A stretch of 64,000 bases of DNA from a virus (Duplodnaviria > Heunggongvirae > Uroviricota > Caudoviricetes), in IMG/VR virus record IMGVR_UViG_3300050196_000293, one strand, 5' to 3'. Below the pieces are notes generated by a model. It worked only from the letters and a program-made list of their open reading frames with translations, was not told where the DNA came from and searched no databases. Numbering within the stretch: the stretch's first letter is position 1; every line of letters starts with the position of its first letter. The position numbers were made by a program, and so were the translations under genes. Shown piece by piece: positions 28,112-39,900 of the stretch.

Positions 28112-28920
28112 TGAGTAATGTATGTGGAGTTATTAAGGATAGTATCTCTCCCGCTGGGGTGCGCCTGACGACTGTCAGGCTGAGATACCCACGGTTTATC
28201 CATGCCGAGCTCATGACCCACAGGGTGTTCAGTAGGAATGCCTCGAGTTCCAGAGCCATCCCAGTCAAAAGGCTGATTGAGGATTGCTATTATGATGAGG
28301 CCCGTCCGGTCTATTGGGGACGCAATCGCCCTGGGATGCAAGCCACAGATCCTCTGGACGGTTGGCGGCTCTGGGCTGCGGAGACGGTCTGGTCTGTCTC
28401 AGCTGCTCTGATGCGAGCTGCTGCCGGCCTAATGGCCAGGCTTCAGGTTCACAAACAGATCGCCAATCGTCTGATGGAGCCCTTCACTCACATCAACGTG
28501 CTGGTGACATCGACCGAGTGGGACAACTTCTTTGCCCTACGGGCTCACTCAGACGCCCAACCCGAGATCCAAAAGCTGGCTGTTGGTATTCGGGACGCTA
28601 TGACTAAGTCCACCCCCAGTGTGTTGCAATTGGGCGAGTGGCATTTGCCCTATGTTACCAAAGAGGAACTGGAAGAATGGGGTCCCAACAACAGTCGGCG
28701 CATCTCTGCAGCCAGGTGTGCGAGGGTGTCCTACCTCACCCATATGGGCAAAGTGCCCGAGAGGTCCGAAGACCTTCAACTGTTCGAACGACTGGCGGGT
28801 TCTAGTCCCCAGCATCTATCCCCGACTGAGCATCAGGCTACCCCAACCAAGAGCCTGAAATTCCAAGATTGTAACTTCCGTGGTTGGAAGCAGTTTCGTA
28901 AGGAAATCGAACATGGATGA
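28111..28920 (+). CDS. thyX: flavin-dependent thymidylate synthase ThyX-like
   Basis: ELMTHRVFSRNASSSRA resembles ThyX RHRx7-8S motif. Confidence 0.55.
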   Translation: MSNVCGVIKDSISPAGVRLTTVRLRYPRFIHAELMTHRVFSRNASSSRAIPVKRLIEDCYYDEARPVYWGRNRPGMQATDPLDGWRLWAAETVWSVSAALMRAAAGLMARLQVHKQIANRLMEPFTHINVLVTSTEWDNFFALRAHSDAQPEIQKLAVGIRDAMTKSTPSVLQLGEWHLPYVTKEELEEWGPNNSRRISAARCARVSYLTHMGKVPERSEDLQLFERLAGSSPQHLSPTEHQATPTKSLKFQDCNFRGWKQFRKEIEHG

Positions 28921-29551
28921 TATGAGCGATATTGAGATCCCGGATGACGGAATAGTCGAGTTCATAGAGCTTGATGAAACTGTGGATGTAGTCGCTTTCA
29001 CTGGTCGTAAGCGGTCGGGTAAGGACACTGCGTCTCGGGCCTTTGTCTCCCAAGGCTACACTCAATTGTCCTTCGCGGGTCCTATCAAACAGATGCTGGC
29101 GTCCCTGTTGGACTGTCAGGGGGTGTCTGATGCGACGATCCACCGGATGATTGAAGGGGACTTGAAGGAAATCCCTACTCCCTACTTGTCAGGTCGTTCC
29201 CCACGATATGCCATGCAGACCCTTGGTACTGAGTGGGGGCGGAACCTGATGGCATCTGATTTCTGGTGTGACATCCTGGTCAACACCGCAGCAGAGTGTG
29301 ACTCTGTGGTTATCTCTGATCTACGCTTCCAAAACGAATTGGAAGCGGTTCAGCACCGACTGGATGGATCGGTCTATCGCATCATCCGCCCGGGTTTGGA
29401 AATCTCAGACGACGATCACCCCTCTGAGACCGAAATGGATAGCTTGGAGGTTGATGGTGAGATCATCAATGACTGTCCAAGTGCCCAGGAGTTCGCCCAA
29501 CAGGTCTATGATATGCTACTGAGCGACGAAAATTATGAGGATGTCCACTAG
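28913..29551 (+). CDS. deoxynucleoside monophosphate kinase (T4 gp1-like)
   Basis: P-loop FTGRKRSGKDT and downstream FAGPIK match dNMP kinase family; RBS AAGGA before ATG 28913. Confidence 0.75.
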   Translation: MDDMSDIEIPDDGIVEFIELDETVDVVAFTGRKRSGKDTASRAFVSQGYTQLSFAGPIKQMLASLLDCQGVSDATIHRMIEGDLKEIPTPYLSGRSPRYAMQTLGTEWGRNLMASDFWCDILVNTAAECDSVVISDLRFQNELEAVQHRLDGSVYRIIRPGLEISDDDHPSETEMDSLEVDGEIINDCPSAQEFAQQVYDMLLSDENYEDVH

Positions 29552-29603
29552 ACATCGGTGTTTTCGTCATACCTCCACTTACAACCATTTTGTAAGTGGG
29601 GGT

Positions 29604-29798
29604 ATGGATCATTTGAAATCATTACCCATTCAAAGCGCAGCCGAGATGCTGAATATCAGTCGATCAACCATCTATCGACTGATCACAGACGGTGAGCTCA
29701 AGACCTACAAGGCTGGCCGTAGCCGCCGAATACGGGTCGCAGTGCTCAATGAGTTTATCTCCCGTCAGGAAAACAATAATCCCCCCAAGCCTGCATAA
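29604..29798 (+). CDS. xis: AlpA/Xis-like helix-turn-helix protein (putative excisionase)
   Basis: AAEMLNISRSTIYRLITDGELKTYKAGRSRRI matches MerR-type excisionase HTH; 3' end overlaps integrase 3' end convergently. Confidence 0.5.
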   Translation: MDHLKSLPIQSAAEMLNISRSTIYRLITDGELKTYKAGRSRRIRVAVLNEFISRQENNNPPKPA

Positions 29799-30889
29799 GC
29801 GCCCTTCTCTTTTCCAGGGCGTCTTTCCGGCGGTAAGCCCGCTCTGTGGTATTACCGATCTGGTGGGCCAGTGCGACTTCGGCCAGTTCTCTCGGGAAGT
29901 CCGTCTCATCCCCTGCCCAATCTCGGAACGTCGATCTAAATCCGTGGGGGGTATAGGGGTGACCTCCAAGAGCCAATACTTTTCCTAAGGCTGTGCGTGA
30001 AAGCTTTACCCCCTTGTGGTTCGGGAATAACAGCGGGCTACTTCTGTCCAAACCTTCCAACAGATCTATCATTTGAGTCGACATGGGTACCCGCAGCGGT
30101 TGGCTCATTTTCATCTTTTCGGCAGGGATTTCCCAAACCTTCGCATCCATATCAATCTCATCCCAGGTGGCCTGCAGCGTCGTTCCACTCCGTGCGGCTG
30201 ATAAGATAGTCCACTCCAGTGCTCGACAGGATATTGCGGGGCGCTGTGACAGGCCGACCATGAAGGCGGCTAGGTCTTCATGGGGCATCGACTTGTAATG
30301 ACCACGAGCCAGAGCGATGGGTGTCGACAAGAGAAATACCAAATTACCTTTCCAGCGTGCCGGGTTGTCCCCGCTCCGCAGTTTTCTCACCTGAGCGGCA
30401 TCCAGCACGGTTTCCAACCGCTGTCGAACCTTCTGGGCCATAATAGGCTTGGTCATCCAGATCGGTTTGAGCACACCCAGGATGTCATCCTGGGTAATCT
30501 CCGCTACATCCTTGTGCTGAATAGATTTGGTGTGGGACGTGAAGGTCCTCCGCCAAGAGGGTGCCGTGTCACTCCCCCACCACTGAGACTCCATCGTCTC
30601 GATATACTGGCCAGCAAACTCCCCCAGTGTGATTTTTCCCTTAGGCCCGCAGTTGTCCCATTGGCCTGGGTTCTGAGCTGGCTTACCCGCACCCGGACCT
30701 CACTTAGTGAGATGTCTTTGTAAGACCCCAACCCACGCTCTTTGGTCCCAAATTTGTAGGACCATCGTTTGGAGCCACTTGGGGAGATGAGCAGATAGAG
30801 CCCCCGCCATCCGAGTAGCGCCCTGGGTCTTTCAGGTTCTTCACCTTCAGAGCAGTCAGCTTGTTTCGGGTTCGCTCAGCCATTATCCA
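29755..30889 (-). pseudogene. int: P4-type tyrosine integrase disrupted by two single-nt deletions in homopolymers
   Basis: N-term MAERTRNKLTALKVKNLKDPGRYSDGGG (30889 down); frame breaks at C5 run ~30801-30805 and T5 run ~30634-30638; catalytic R (AARSG), HGFRS, ERAYRR Tyr all present in downstream frame. Confidence 0.75.
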
Positions 30890-31104
30890 CTCTGGTATCC
30901 ACATTCGCACTGGGACGTGGGCGTACAGTACGACACAGCCTGACACAATCGCGAAATTTAATTCATTGAAATTGCTATGTTTTGGCACTCCCAGACACAC
31001 CGGCGGACAAGAGGTGCTATCCCCGCTCAGGATGCTAACACTATTGTTTTTATTGCATTTTTCCTTCTATATCCCTGATTTATCCACTTTCTGACTTTTT
31101 GCTG

Positions 31105-31115
31105 ATGTGTAGTAG
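31105..31115 (-). promoter_or_regulatory. conserved motif CTACTACACAT in reverse orientation (copy E), facing integrase
   Basis: ATGTGTAGTAG on plus strand; embedded in palindromic GATGTGTAGTAGATCAGCACATATC. Confidence 0.3.
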
Positions 31116-31187
31116 ATCAGCACATATCTTGTGGGACATCGCTGAGTCTGGGGTTTAGTAACAGGGTCCCGCTGTCGAGGACCCCCT

Positions 31188-32924
31188 ATGCCACCTCTCA
31201 AAATGAACCCCCTCGCTGATGAAAATCTCAGCGACTTCGGAAAGACGACTCTCACAGATCGCTACCTTTTGCCGGGGGAGTCCTTCCAGGATTTGTTCGC
31301 CCGTGTGGCTCAAACCTACGCCGACGACGAGGCCCATGCCCAGCGCCTGTATGACTATATGTCAAACCTCTGGTTCATGCCCGCGACACCAATCCTATCG
31401 AATGGCGGCGCAGGGCGAGGGCTACCAATCTCCTGCTTCCTGAATTCGGTTGACGATAGTTTGGGAGGTATCCGGGACATCTGGAATGAGAACATTGATC
31501 TCGCCAGCAAGGGTGGAGGCATAGGGACTTACTGGGGATCAGTAAGATCCATGGGGGAAGCAGTCGCCCAGTCGGGTGAGACATCAGGGATCATCCCGTT
31601 CATCAAGGTGATGGACAGTCTCACACTCGCGATTAGCCAAGGGTCGCTTCGCCGAGGATCCGCAGCGGTCTACATCGATATCCACCACCCCGAGATCGAA
31701 GAATTTCTGGAGATCCGCAAACCCACTGGCGACATGAACCGCCGGTCTCTCAATCTTCATCATGGGATCTGTATCGGCGATGACTTCATGCACGCCATCC
31801 AAGCCGGCACCCCCTACGGCCTGCGTTCCCCTAAGAGCGGCGAGATTATCCGCTCCATTGATGCCCGTTCTCTATGGCAGAAGATCTTGGAGGTACGCCT
31901 GCAAACCGGCGAGCCTTATCTTCTGTTCACCGACACGGTGAACCAGAACCTTAGCCCTGTTCACGACGTCTTGGGTTTGAAGGTCAATCAATCCAATCTC
32001 TGCACCGAGATCCTGCTCCCCACCGGCAAGGATCACTTGGGGAACCAGAGGACTGCAGTCTGTTGCCTCTCCTCCCTCAACCTTGAAAAATATATGGAAT
32101 GGACTGGGCACCCCACCTTCATTGAAGACGTCATGCGGATGCTGGACAACGTCCTGGATGACTTCATCTCCAAGGCTCCAGCCAGCATGAAGAACGCGGT
32201 TTATTCCGCCACCCGTGAGCGATCCATCGGCTTGGGTGTCATGGGTTTCCACTCATTCCTGCAGTCCATGAACATCCCCTTTGATTGTAGCATGGCCAAG
32301 TCGTGGAACTCGAAAATCTTCGAGGAGATCGCCAGGTTTACTGAAAAAGCCAACACCCTGCTGGCTCTGGAGAAGGGCTCCTGCCCTGATGCGATTGACG
32401 CCAACCTAAACCAGCGGTTCTCCTACACCACAGCCATCGCCCCTACGGCCTCAATCAGTATCATTTGTGGGGGCACAAGCCCAGGGATCGAACCCATCCC
32501 CGCCAATGTCTTTGTTCACAAGACCTTGTCTGGCTCTTTTGTTGTCAAGAATACCCATCTCGAACTGCTGCTAGATCGACATGGTATGAACACCCCCCAG
32601 GTCTGGGATGACATTCTCGAACAAGGTGGGTCTGTCCAGCACCTAGGGATCCCCCAGAATGATCTGGACGTCTTCAAAACTGCCTTTGAAATCGATCAGC
32701 GTTGGGTTGTTGACCTCGCGTCCGACCGAGCCCCTCTGATTGACCAAGGACAATCTGTCAATCTGTTCCTGCCCTCAGACGTCCACAAGCGGGACCTCCA
32801 CATGCTCCACTACCGGGCGTGGATGGAGGGGGTCAAGAGCCTCTACTACCTCCGGTCCAAATCCATCCAGCGTGCCGCCCACGCTGGCTCCACCAACTAT
32901 GATGAGTGTCTCGCATGTCAGTAA
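31188..32924 (+). CDS. nrdA: ribonucleotide reductase large subunit (class I NrdA-like, no ATP cone)
   Basis: Active-site NLCTEI, C-terminal CLAC pair; followed by nrdB. Confidence 0.8.
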   Translation: MPPLKMNPLADENLSDFGKTTLTDRYLLPGESFQDLFARVAQTYADDEAHAQRLYDYMSNLWFMPATPILSNGGAGRGLPISCFLNSVDDSLGGIRDIWNENIDLASKGGGIGTYWGSVRSMGEAVAQSGETSGIIPFIKVMDSLTLAISQGSLRRGSAAVYIDIHHPEIEEFLEIRKPTGDMNRRSLNLHHGICIGDDFMHAIQAGTPYGLRSPKSGEIIRSIDARSLWQKILEVRLQTGEPYLLFTDTVNQNLSPVHDVLGLKVNQSNLCTEILLPTGKDHLGNQRTAVCCLSSLNLEKYMEWTGHPTFIEDVMRMLDNVLDDFISKAPASMKNAVYSATRERSIGLGVMGFHSFLQSMNIPFDCSMAKSWNSKIFEEIARFTEKANTLLALEKGSCPDAIDANLNQRFSYTTAIAPTASISIICGGTSPGIEPIPANVFVHKTLSGSFVVKNTHLELLLDRHGMNTPQVWDDILEQGGSVQHLGIPQNDLDVFKTAFEIDQRWVVDLASDRAPLIDQGQSVNLFLPSDVHKRDLHMLHYRAWMEGVKSLYYLRSKSIQRAAHAGSTNYDECLACQ

Positions 32925-33874
32925 CCCAACCCTCTCAAGGATATAAGCCCTTCCAGTACCCATGGGCCTACGACTACTGGAAGAAGCAGCAGCAGGTCCA
33001 CTGGATGGCAGAGGAGGTCCCTCTGGGCGAAGACGTCCGAGACTGGAACACTCGGCTGGAGCCGGCCGAAAAGAACCTCCTGACCCAGATATTCCGCTTC
33101 TTCACCCAAGGGGATATCGAGGTCCAGGATAACTACATGGAGCGGTATGCTCAGGTGTTTAAGCCGACAGAGATCAAGATGATGCTGTCGGCCTTCGCCA
33201 ACATGGAGACGGTCCACATCGACGCCTACGCCTCTCTGCTAGAGACGGTTGGTATGCCTGAGAGTGAGTTTCAGGCCTTCCGAGAATACAAGGTGATGCG
33301 GGACAAGCATGATTACATGAAGGACTTTGATGTCCTGGATCGTCACAACACCCTACTCACTCTAGCTATGTTCGGTGCCTTCACCGAAGGTCTGCAGCTG
33401 TTCGCCAGCTTTGCCATGTTGATGAATTTCCCCAGGTTCGGGAAGATGAAGGGCATGGGCCAGATTGTTTCCTGGTCCGTGCGGGACGAGAGCCTGCACT
33501 GTGAGGGGATCATCAAGCTGTTTCACACCCTGCTACAGGAGTCAGGTGGAATGACCCTGAGGCTCAAGGAAGACCTCTTGGTGGTTTGTCAGGACGTGGT
33601 CGAGATGGAGGATCGCTTCATCGACCTGGCATTCGAGATGGGTCCAGTTGAAGGCATGACAGCTGGAGAACTGAAAGCCTATGTCCGCTTCATCGCCAAC
33701 TGGCGCATGACACAGCTGGGGCTCGACAGCCTCTATGAGGGGGTGGACGAACACCCCCTCCCCTGGCTTCAGGCCCTATTATCTGGTGTCGAGCACGCCA
33801 ATTTCTTCGAGGCTCGAGCTACAGAATATTCCAAGGCCAGTAGTCAAGGGAGTTGGGGTGAGGTCTGGGGTTAG
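32906..33874 (+). CDS. nrdB: ribonucleotide reductase small subunit NrdB
   Basis: Ferritin-like di-iron ligand motifs (NMETVHIDAY, VRDESLHCEG). Confidence 0.85.
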   Translation: MSRMSVTQPSQGYKPFQYPWAYDYWKKQQQVHWMAEEVPLGEDVRDWNTRLEPAEKNLLTQIFRFFTQGDIEVQDNYMERYAQVFKPTEIKMMLSAFANMETVHIDAYASLLETVGMPESEFQAFREYKVMRDKHDYMKDFDVLDRHNTLLTLAMFGAFTEGLQLFASFAMLMNFPRFGKMKGMGQIVSWSVRDESLHCEGIIKLFHTLLQESGGMTLRLKEDLLVVCQDVVEMEDRFIDLAFEMGPVEGMTAGELKAYVRFIANWRMTQLGLDSLYEGVDEHPLPWLQALLSGVEHANFFEARATEYSKASSQGSWGEVWG

Positions 33875-33883
33875 AAAGTAAAA

Positions 33884-33912
33884 GGCCCACCTTCCGGTGG
33901 GCCTTTTCTTTT
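33884..33912. terminator. bidirectional terminator GGCCCACCTTCCGGTGGGCC flanked by A/T runs; strand switch
   Basis: aaaaGGCCCACCttccGGTGGGCCttttctttt between convergent nrdB and giant fibre gene. Confidence 0.6.
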
Positions 33913-36900
33913 AGACCAGAGGGTGGAACTTGATGGACTTGAGAACCATCCGGCTCTCAACCCAGCTGGCCTCAGGAGGCCCTGCCCAGTCACCACCCAT
34001 CGCCAAGTCGACGATGAACTGCATGTCGTAGGGCAGATAAGCCGTTTCGACCAGCTCAGAGAAGATTTCGACATCATCGAAATAATAGCTGAACTTTTCG
34101 TAGCCAGTTGGGCCAGCTTCCCAGATACATCCGTAAGTGTGGAAATCATTCAGATCCACACCTGGAATGGTTGGAGAGCCCACAACCTTCACTTCTTTCT
34201 TGTGGACCAAGTCACCCAGTCGCTTACCCGCCGCATCACGGATGGTGTAATAGATTGATCCCACCTTGATGCTGACAGAGTTACTGACGTGCTCCATGAA
34301 GTCGATTTCGGGTGGCCACGTTTCCTGTCCCACGGGGATATTTGGCTGGTAGGCTTCGTTCCACCAACCGATAAAGGTTCCCTTTTCGGTTGGCAGCTTA
34401 CAAACCAGTTCCCAATACCCCCTGCGGGCCTTGAAGCTCGGCGCGGAGTTCAACATACCCGACACGGCATACTTGCCACCCGAGGCTGGGGATGGAGTAA
34501 CCCGCTTGGCCACAAGGGTTAGCGTGTCATTGACCAGATCGATCTCGTGACAGCCAAAGCCCATGTCAGGGTCGACATAGGACTGCACTTCCTTACCACG
34601 ACGACGTCCACCCCAAGTGTTCAGACCGCCATCGCTAAACCGGGTGGCCAGCTGGCCGGCGCTCCAGGTCACATTTCGACCATCATAGGGTGAGGCTGTT
34701 GCGACCATCTTGGCGAACAGGTTGGGGGCCGACCAGTCCGACTGGTAGGTTGGAACTGGGTTGAACTTACCTCGATCCAAGGTGGGCATGGTCGTAGAAA
34801 GTGTTACAGTCCCGGTCTGGTCCTTGTTTACAGGAGTCCAGTCGTACAGGGGCTCAGCAGGACGTCCACCAGTACCTAGAATATCCTGGTTATCCCTTGG
34901 GAAGACGATCCCAGTCCAAGCGTTAGTTTGCCCAGGGACAGGGAAGCCAGGGTCGCCCCAGCCAAACCTGGCGTAGCGCAAGACATTCTTTTCCCCAAGA
35001 TTTTCGTGAGTGACAATAACCTCAATCTGACCATCTACGTTCAGGGACTTGGTCCAGCCGGTGACAGTGGCACAGGCTGTATAGTCAAGGTTGGTGGTCT
35101 GGAGGCTGATGTTGAACAGATACTTCTCAGCGTCCGGGAAACCTGTGCTGCCCCATGCTGGTAGCATCAGGTCCGTTGCACCTGGAGGCAAATCAAACAC
35201 AAACATGGTAGCAAAGTTGTTGATGTAGACAACCTCGGAGACGAAGGCCCCCCGAGCACCAAATCTCTGACCCTTTGCAGCCCAACCACAGGCGTCACCC
35301 ATTCGAGCAGCGCCACCCCCGGCGGTGATACCGTAGAAGGTCGCGTGGACCCCATCAGGCTGGATCTTGGCTAGAGGACGGTTGGTGCTGAACGGAGCAT
35401 AACTGGCAGCGATAGGACCAATCGCGTATGTGTTCCCTTGATAGTAAACATTGGGGGTTACAGACGCAAAGTCGTACTGGGCCTTACGCATAGAGTTCTG
35501 GTTGCTGGAATTGTTCTGGGTGTTGTCCAGAGGGGTGACGCGACCATTCTTTGTACCCATGGAGATTTTGCGGGCTCTCCCTTGGGTTATCCAGTAGTCA
35601 TAGAACTCCTTCAGCTCCAGATCATAGAACGACCAGTCCCCGCCATCAGCGCCACCATGGTGGCCGAAATGGAGGATATCCAGCCCCTTGGGAAGCATGG
35701 CAACATACTTCTCATAGGACTCGATCACGTCCTGGTAGGCACGGGTCATGTCACCGGGGGACATCATCACCAGCGAGCCGGTAGCGGTGGCTCCTGGGTT
35801 GGTCGGCAAGGCTACCGTGTAGGTACGAACCCCTGCGGTCAGGACCGTGCGGGTTCCATTGAAGCCGGCCTCATTGGCTCCGTAGATTTCAATCTGGTCG
35901 CCAACAACTACATCAGGGTCGCCTGCTCCCGCATTGGTAACAATGGTAGCAATGCCACCAGAGTGGGTCATGGTGCAGGTGACACCATTTCGGTAGACCG
36001 ACACTTCACCATTGTTGATGAACTCAGGGGTACCTAGAGTAGGAACCGCCATGATATTGGGGCCACCCGTCTTGCCAGGGCAGGCAATCGAGAAGGTCGA
36101 GCTGACAGGGTCAGAGGTGACCTTGAAGATGCCATTAGCAGTCGGGTCACTGAAGCCCGTAATATAGACCTCATCGTATTGGTTAATACCGTTGGTGGTT
36201 CCGTTGACCTTGACGGTCGCAGTTGCACCAGTCTGGACGTACCCGTTGGTGTCTACGCCCTTGGAGCCAGGTTTGTAGTTAGCCAAGCGGGCGAACTTGC
36301 GGATCGAAGTGTCACCCTTTGCACACCGGCTAAACAGCACGATTGGCGTGCCGGCTCTCTCGGTCATAGCCTCCGCGAACCAAGTGGCACCAATGGTGGC
36401 AACCTTTTCGTGAGGTACAACACCAGGCTCAACCACATAAATATGGGCACTCCAAGGCTTGTTGTTGACCTCGTTGGCTGGCATCAGGCCGAAAGGCTTG
36501 GTGATAACCGGCAGGGGCAACACAGGCTTGACTGTGATCGCTGAAGTGTTCTGGCAGGCCAGAGCGGTCGTATGGGCAGCGGAGACAAAATACTCACCGG
36601 CTGCGCCGTTGGTACCACCCACGTTGTTGATGGCCGAGATTAGGTTCGTGGTCGTCGTGGCAGTTGAAGCCCCGATTTTGACTTCACCCAAGGCTGCAAC
36701 GGTTGTGCGGAACGTGTAGACAGTTGGGCCAATCGTAAGGGTGGCTCCATCAGCTGGCTGCGTGTTGACGTTGACCGTATTGGTCTTGACGTGACCTGAG
36801 GTTTCACCTTGCGTAGAAGCATAGTGGACCTTGATGTTGGCCGTACTCGAGGTGACGGTGATCGCTGCGGCGTCACTGTTTCGGTTGATGATCCGAACCC

Positions 36901-39900
36901 CATTGGTACCTAGTGGGGCGTCGAACGTAGCCGCCACCCAATTAGATGGCAGCGAGGAAGGTGCAATCCAAGTGGACGAGCCTGTTGTAGTGATACCACC
37001 CGAGCCATGGATACAGTCACGCAGACGCTGCATTGTATCCTGATCAGAGCTGCCAATCTTGATATGGCCAGGGGAAGAGACGGTCGCACTGGTTTTGAAG
37101 GTGTAGACAACCCCGTTGATGGTCAGAGTGTTCCCGTCCCCAGGACTTCCCTTCATGTAGATGTAGCCGCCAGCTGCGACGCCAGTGTCGCCACCTTGGA
37201 GGGTGGTGGCGGATACGTCAATAGCAGTTCCAGTACTGGCCAACGTGATGGCGTTGCCACCTGTGCCATTGGTCAGAGCTGACAGTCGGATTTCATAGAT
37301 TTGAGGGACAGCGTCGAACGTCTGGTTGTCACCCACACTAGGGTAGTCGAAGTGGAAGCGGGTGGGATTGTTGGACACCAAGCCCGATCCATCCGAGATG
37401 GCCCAAGCACTATTGGTGCTCTCCACATTGAATGGCATGCCATTATAGTAAGCATGGGCATCACCACTGGTGGTCAGGGCTCGCGCAATCCCCTTCATAC
37501 GGCGGACGCCGAACGGTAGGTTGGCTTCGCTTTCCAGTGTCACACCTGTGACGCTTTGATCCGAAGCCAGAACGGATGGGCCTGTCATGTAGCGGGTGGA
37601 GGACCTGTAGGTCAGAGATTGACCCTCACGGCGTACCTCAGCCACAAACATGTCAGGCTGTTCGTCCAGATAGAAATCCTTGGACCAGGTCTTGTTGACC
37701 GTATCGATCCCATTAGCCAAGTGCCAGTCGATGACGATGTCGTTGGCACTAGGGACGGTCCCAGCCGGCACGCCCCACTTAACCAAGCGAGCAGCGATGG
37801 CTGCGGGAGCCGTGCCGATGTAGCGACCAGTCAGAGTGACCTTGTATTTGTTAGTGGCGTAGTCATAGGCCCAAGGACAACCATCGTCCCATTGGAAGGT
37901 GGTTGGCAGCGTGTCACTTGGAGGACCAAACAGCACCGCTTGGTCACTGATACCTACCACATAATCGGGCACAAAGTTCGGAACTTCCTGGTAGATGGGC
38001 GTGTTGGAAGTCGTCCGGGTAATTATCCGACCCTTGTTATCCTGATAACCTGCCAGAGTGAGACGCACACCAGCAATGCCTGTGGCCGTGCCTGTCCCAG
38101 TAACAGTGGCTGTGAAGGTAATGGACGTGTTGGCCGTAATACTGGTGATGAAGCCGTTGGTGGCTGCTGTGTTGTAGCCGCTGGGGGCCGTGCCGTTGGT
38201 CAGGATCTGATCACCGACCTTGAAGGGCGAGGTGTCAGCCATGCCTGCGGTGAGAAAACCAGTGTTTTTTGACAGCGAGGTGACAGGGTAAGCCGTCGCC
38301 TTCAGCCCGTCAAACTCAACCGCGCTGTCCAGAATCTCCAGTTGGTTACCGCCCGCCTTACAGGTCGCCCAAGTTCCCGTAGCAATCGGGAAGGCCGTGC
38401 CGTTACCTGCGGTTTTGTGGACAATAAACAGCGTCTGGTTGCTGCGATAATAATTTGCCAAGGTGTTAAAGGCGGACGTGGCATTAAGATAGGTGACCAG
38501 GTTGTCCAAGGTCGCCGTGACGCTACCAATGGCAAACTCAGTGCCAGCGGTGAGGGTCGTGCCATTGATGATGATGGTCTGACCAGTGGAGGGGGCAGCT
38601 GAGGCATAGAAGTAGCCCGAGCGGAACTTAGTCGTGTCGACCATGTTCCAACCTTGGCCAAACATGTTGCGCTGTTCAGCAGTGGGGAACCAAGTGTCGC
38701 ACTTGATGTAGCGACGGATCTTCATCCACATCCGGCTGGCCGAGAGACCTGTTGAACCCAAGGTCTTCTTCAGGCCCTCGATTGCGGCCAGAGCCACAGC
38801 GCCTCGGGCCAGACATTCTCCCGAGTTGCCAGGTGTGCCTGAATAGACGACAGGTACACCCGCCTCATAACCCACGATGACCCAACGAGGGCCACGCATT
38901 TTGATGATACCCTCGGCGGTAAACATCTTGCGACCGATGAGGGCCTTGGTCCCTGAAGTACTCACCCCCGAGAAACCACAGGTGGTCCCGATTACGGAAT
39001 CTGGCAGACCGTTGGCGGCGACGTCCAGCACGTTGTAGTAGATCTGACCAGGGGCACCTCCGGGTGCATTTGCTGACAGACCTGCGACCATAACTGCAGT
39101 GTTGGCGCTGTTGAAAACGCTGCCAGAGGTTCCGGTGTAGCCGATCAAGGCTCCGCCGGCGGCTTCTGGGATACCATCGGCGAAGTAGATCGCCTCAAAC
39201 TGGTTGGGACGCAGGATACCACTGATGTGGTTGATTTCACTAACACCATAGACAAGGCTGGTACCGCCCGAAACCATCTGCACGGCCAAACCTGAGGCAG
39301 CTGCTGGATAGGTAGGGCTTTGATTGCTGGCCACCACGCCGTTGTCGGTCAGGGCGGTGTTACGACGCGCCAAGATTTGGAGGGTGGTGTAGTTGGGTGA
39401 GTTGGTTGCTCCCGCGAGGGTCTCCCGGATGGTGACGCTCAGGTCGGTATCAGCCAGTACGGTCGTGATTGTGTTACCAATCTGGATCTGACCATTGACG
39501 ATCTTGAAACGTGGGTTGGCTGGATTGATAGCCAGTGTTGACCCAGGGGTCTTGCTGGTGATGGTCCCGACCACTGTCCCAGTGGGATCCGCCGAGGTGA
39601 AGCTGGCTGAGGTTAGGCCCAAGGTGTTAAGGATGATACCCGAGGGGGTGGCCGTGGTGATTTCGTTGGAAGTTGCACCCGTCGAGCCGCCAGCGTTGGT
39701 AGCAAATACCCGACAGGTGATGGGGGTTTCATAATCACCCGAGGTCAGGGTGTAATTGATACCTGTAGCACCTACGACGTCGACCCCGTTCTTGCGCCAT
39801 TGATAGGTGAAGGACGTCGGGGCATTGTCCCAGATCCCAGCCGTGGTGGTCAGAGTGGTACCCGACTTGGTAATTACCGGAGCGGTCGTCGCAACAGGTA

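Noticed and set aside
30634-30805. Programmed ribosomal frameshifting as the explanation for the integrase frame breaks
   Set aside because: This would need two independent shifts in one gene with no conserved slippery or stimulatory context. Single-base loss in homopolymers (true mutation or assembly error) is simpler.
31105-31140. NrdR box upstream of nrdA
   Set aside because: The segment GCACATATCTTGTGGG was compared with the 16-bp NrdR palindrome consensus (acaCwAtATaTwGtgt). Too many mismatches at core positions.
34289-38661. Numerous plus-strand ORFs (e.g. 35438..36037, 37556..38272) inside the 2211-aa minus-strand fibre gene
   Set aside because: They are antisense to a continuous 6.6-kb ORF with clear domain content. 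They are Gly/Arg/Val-rich low-complexity translations typical of spurious antisense frames.
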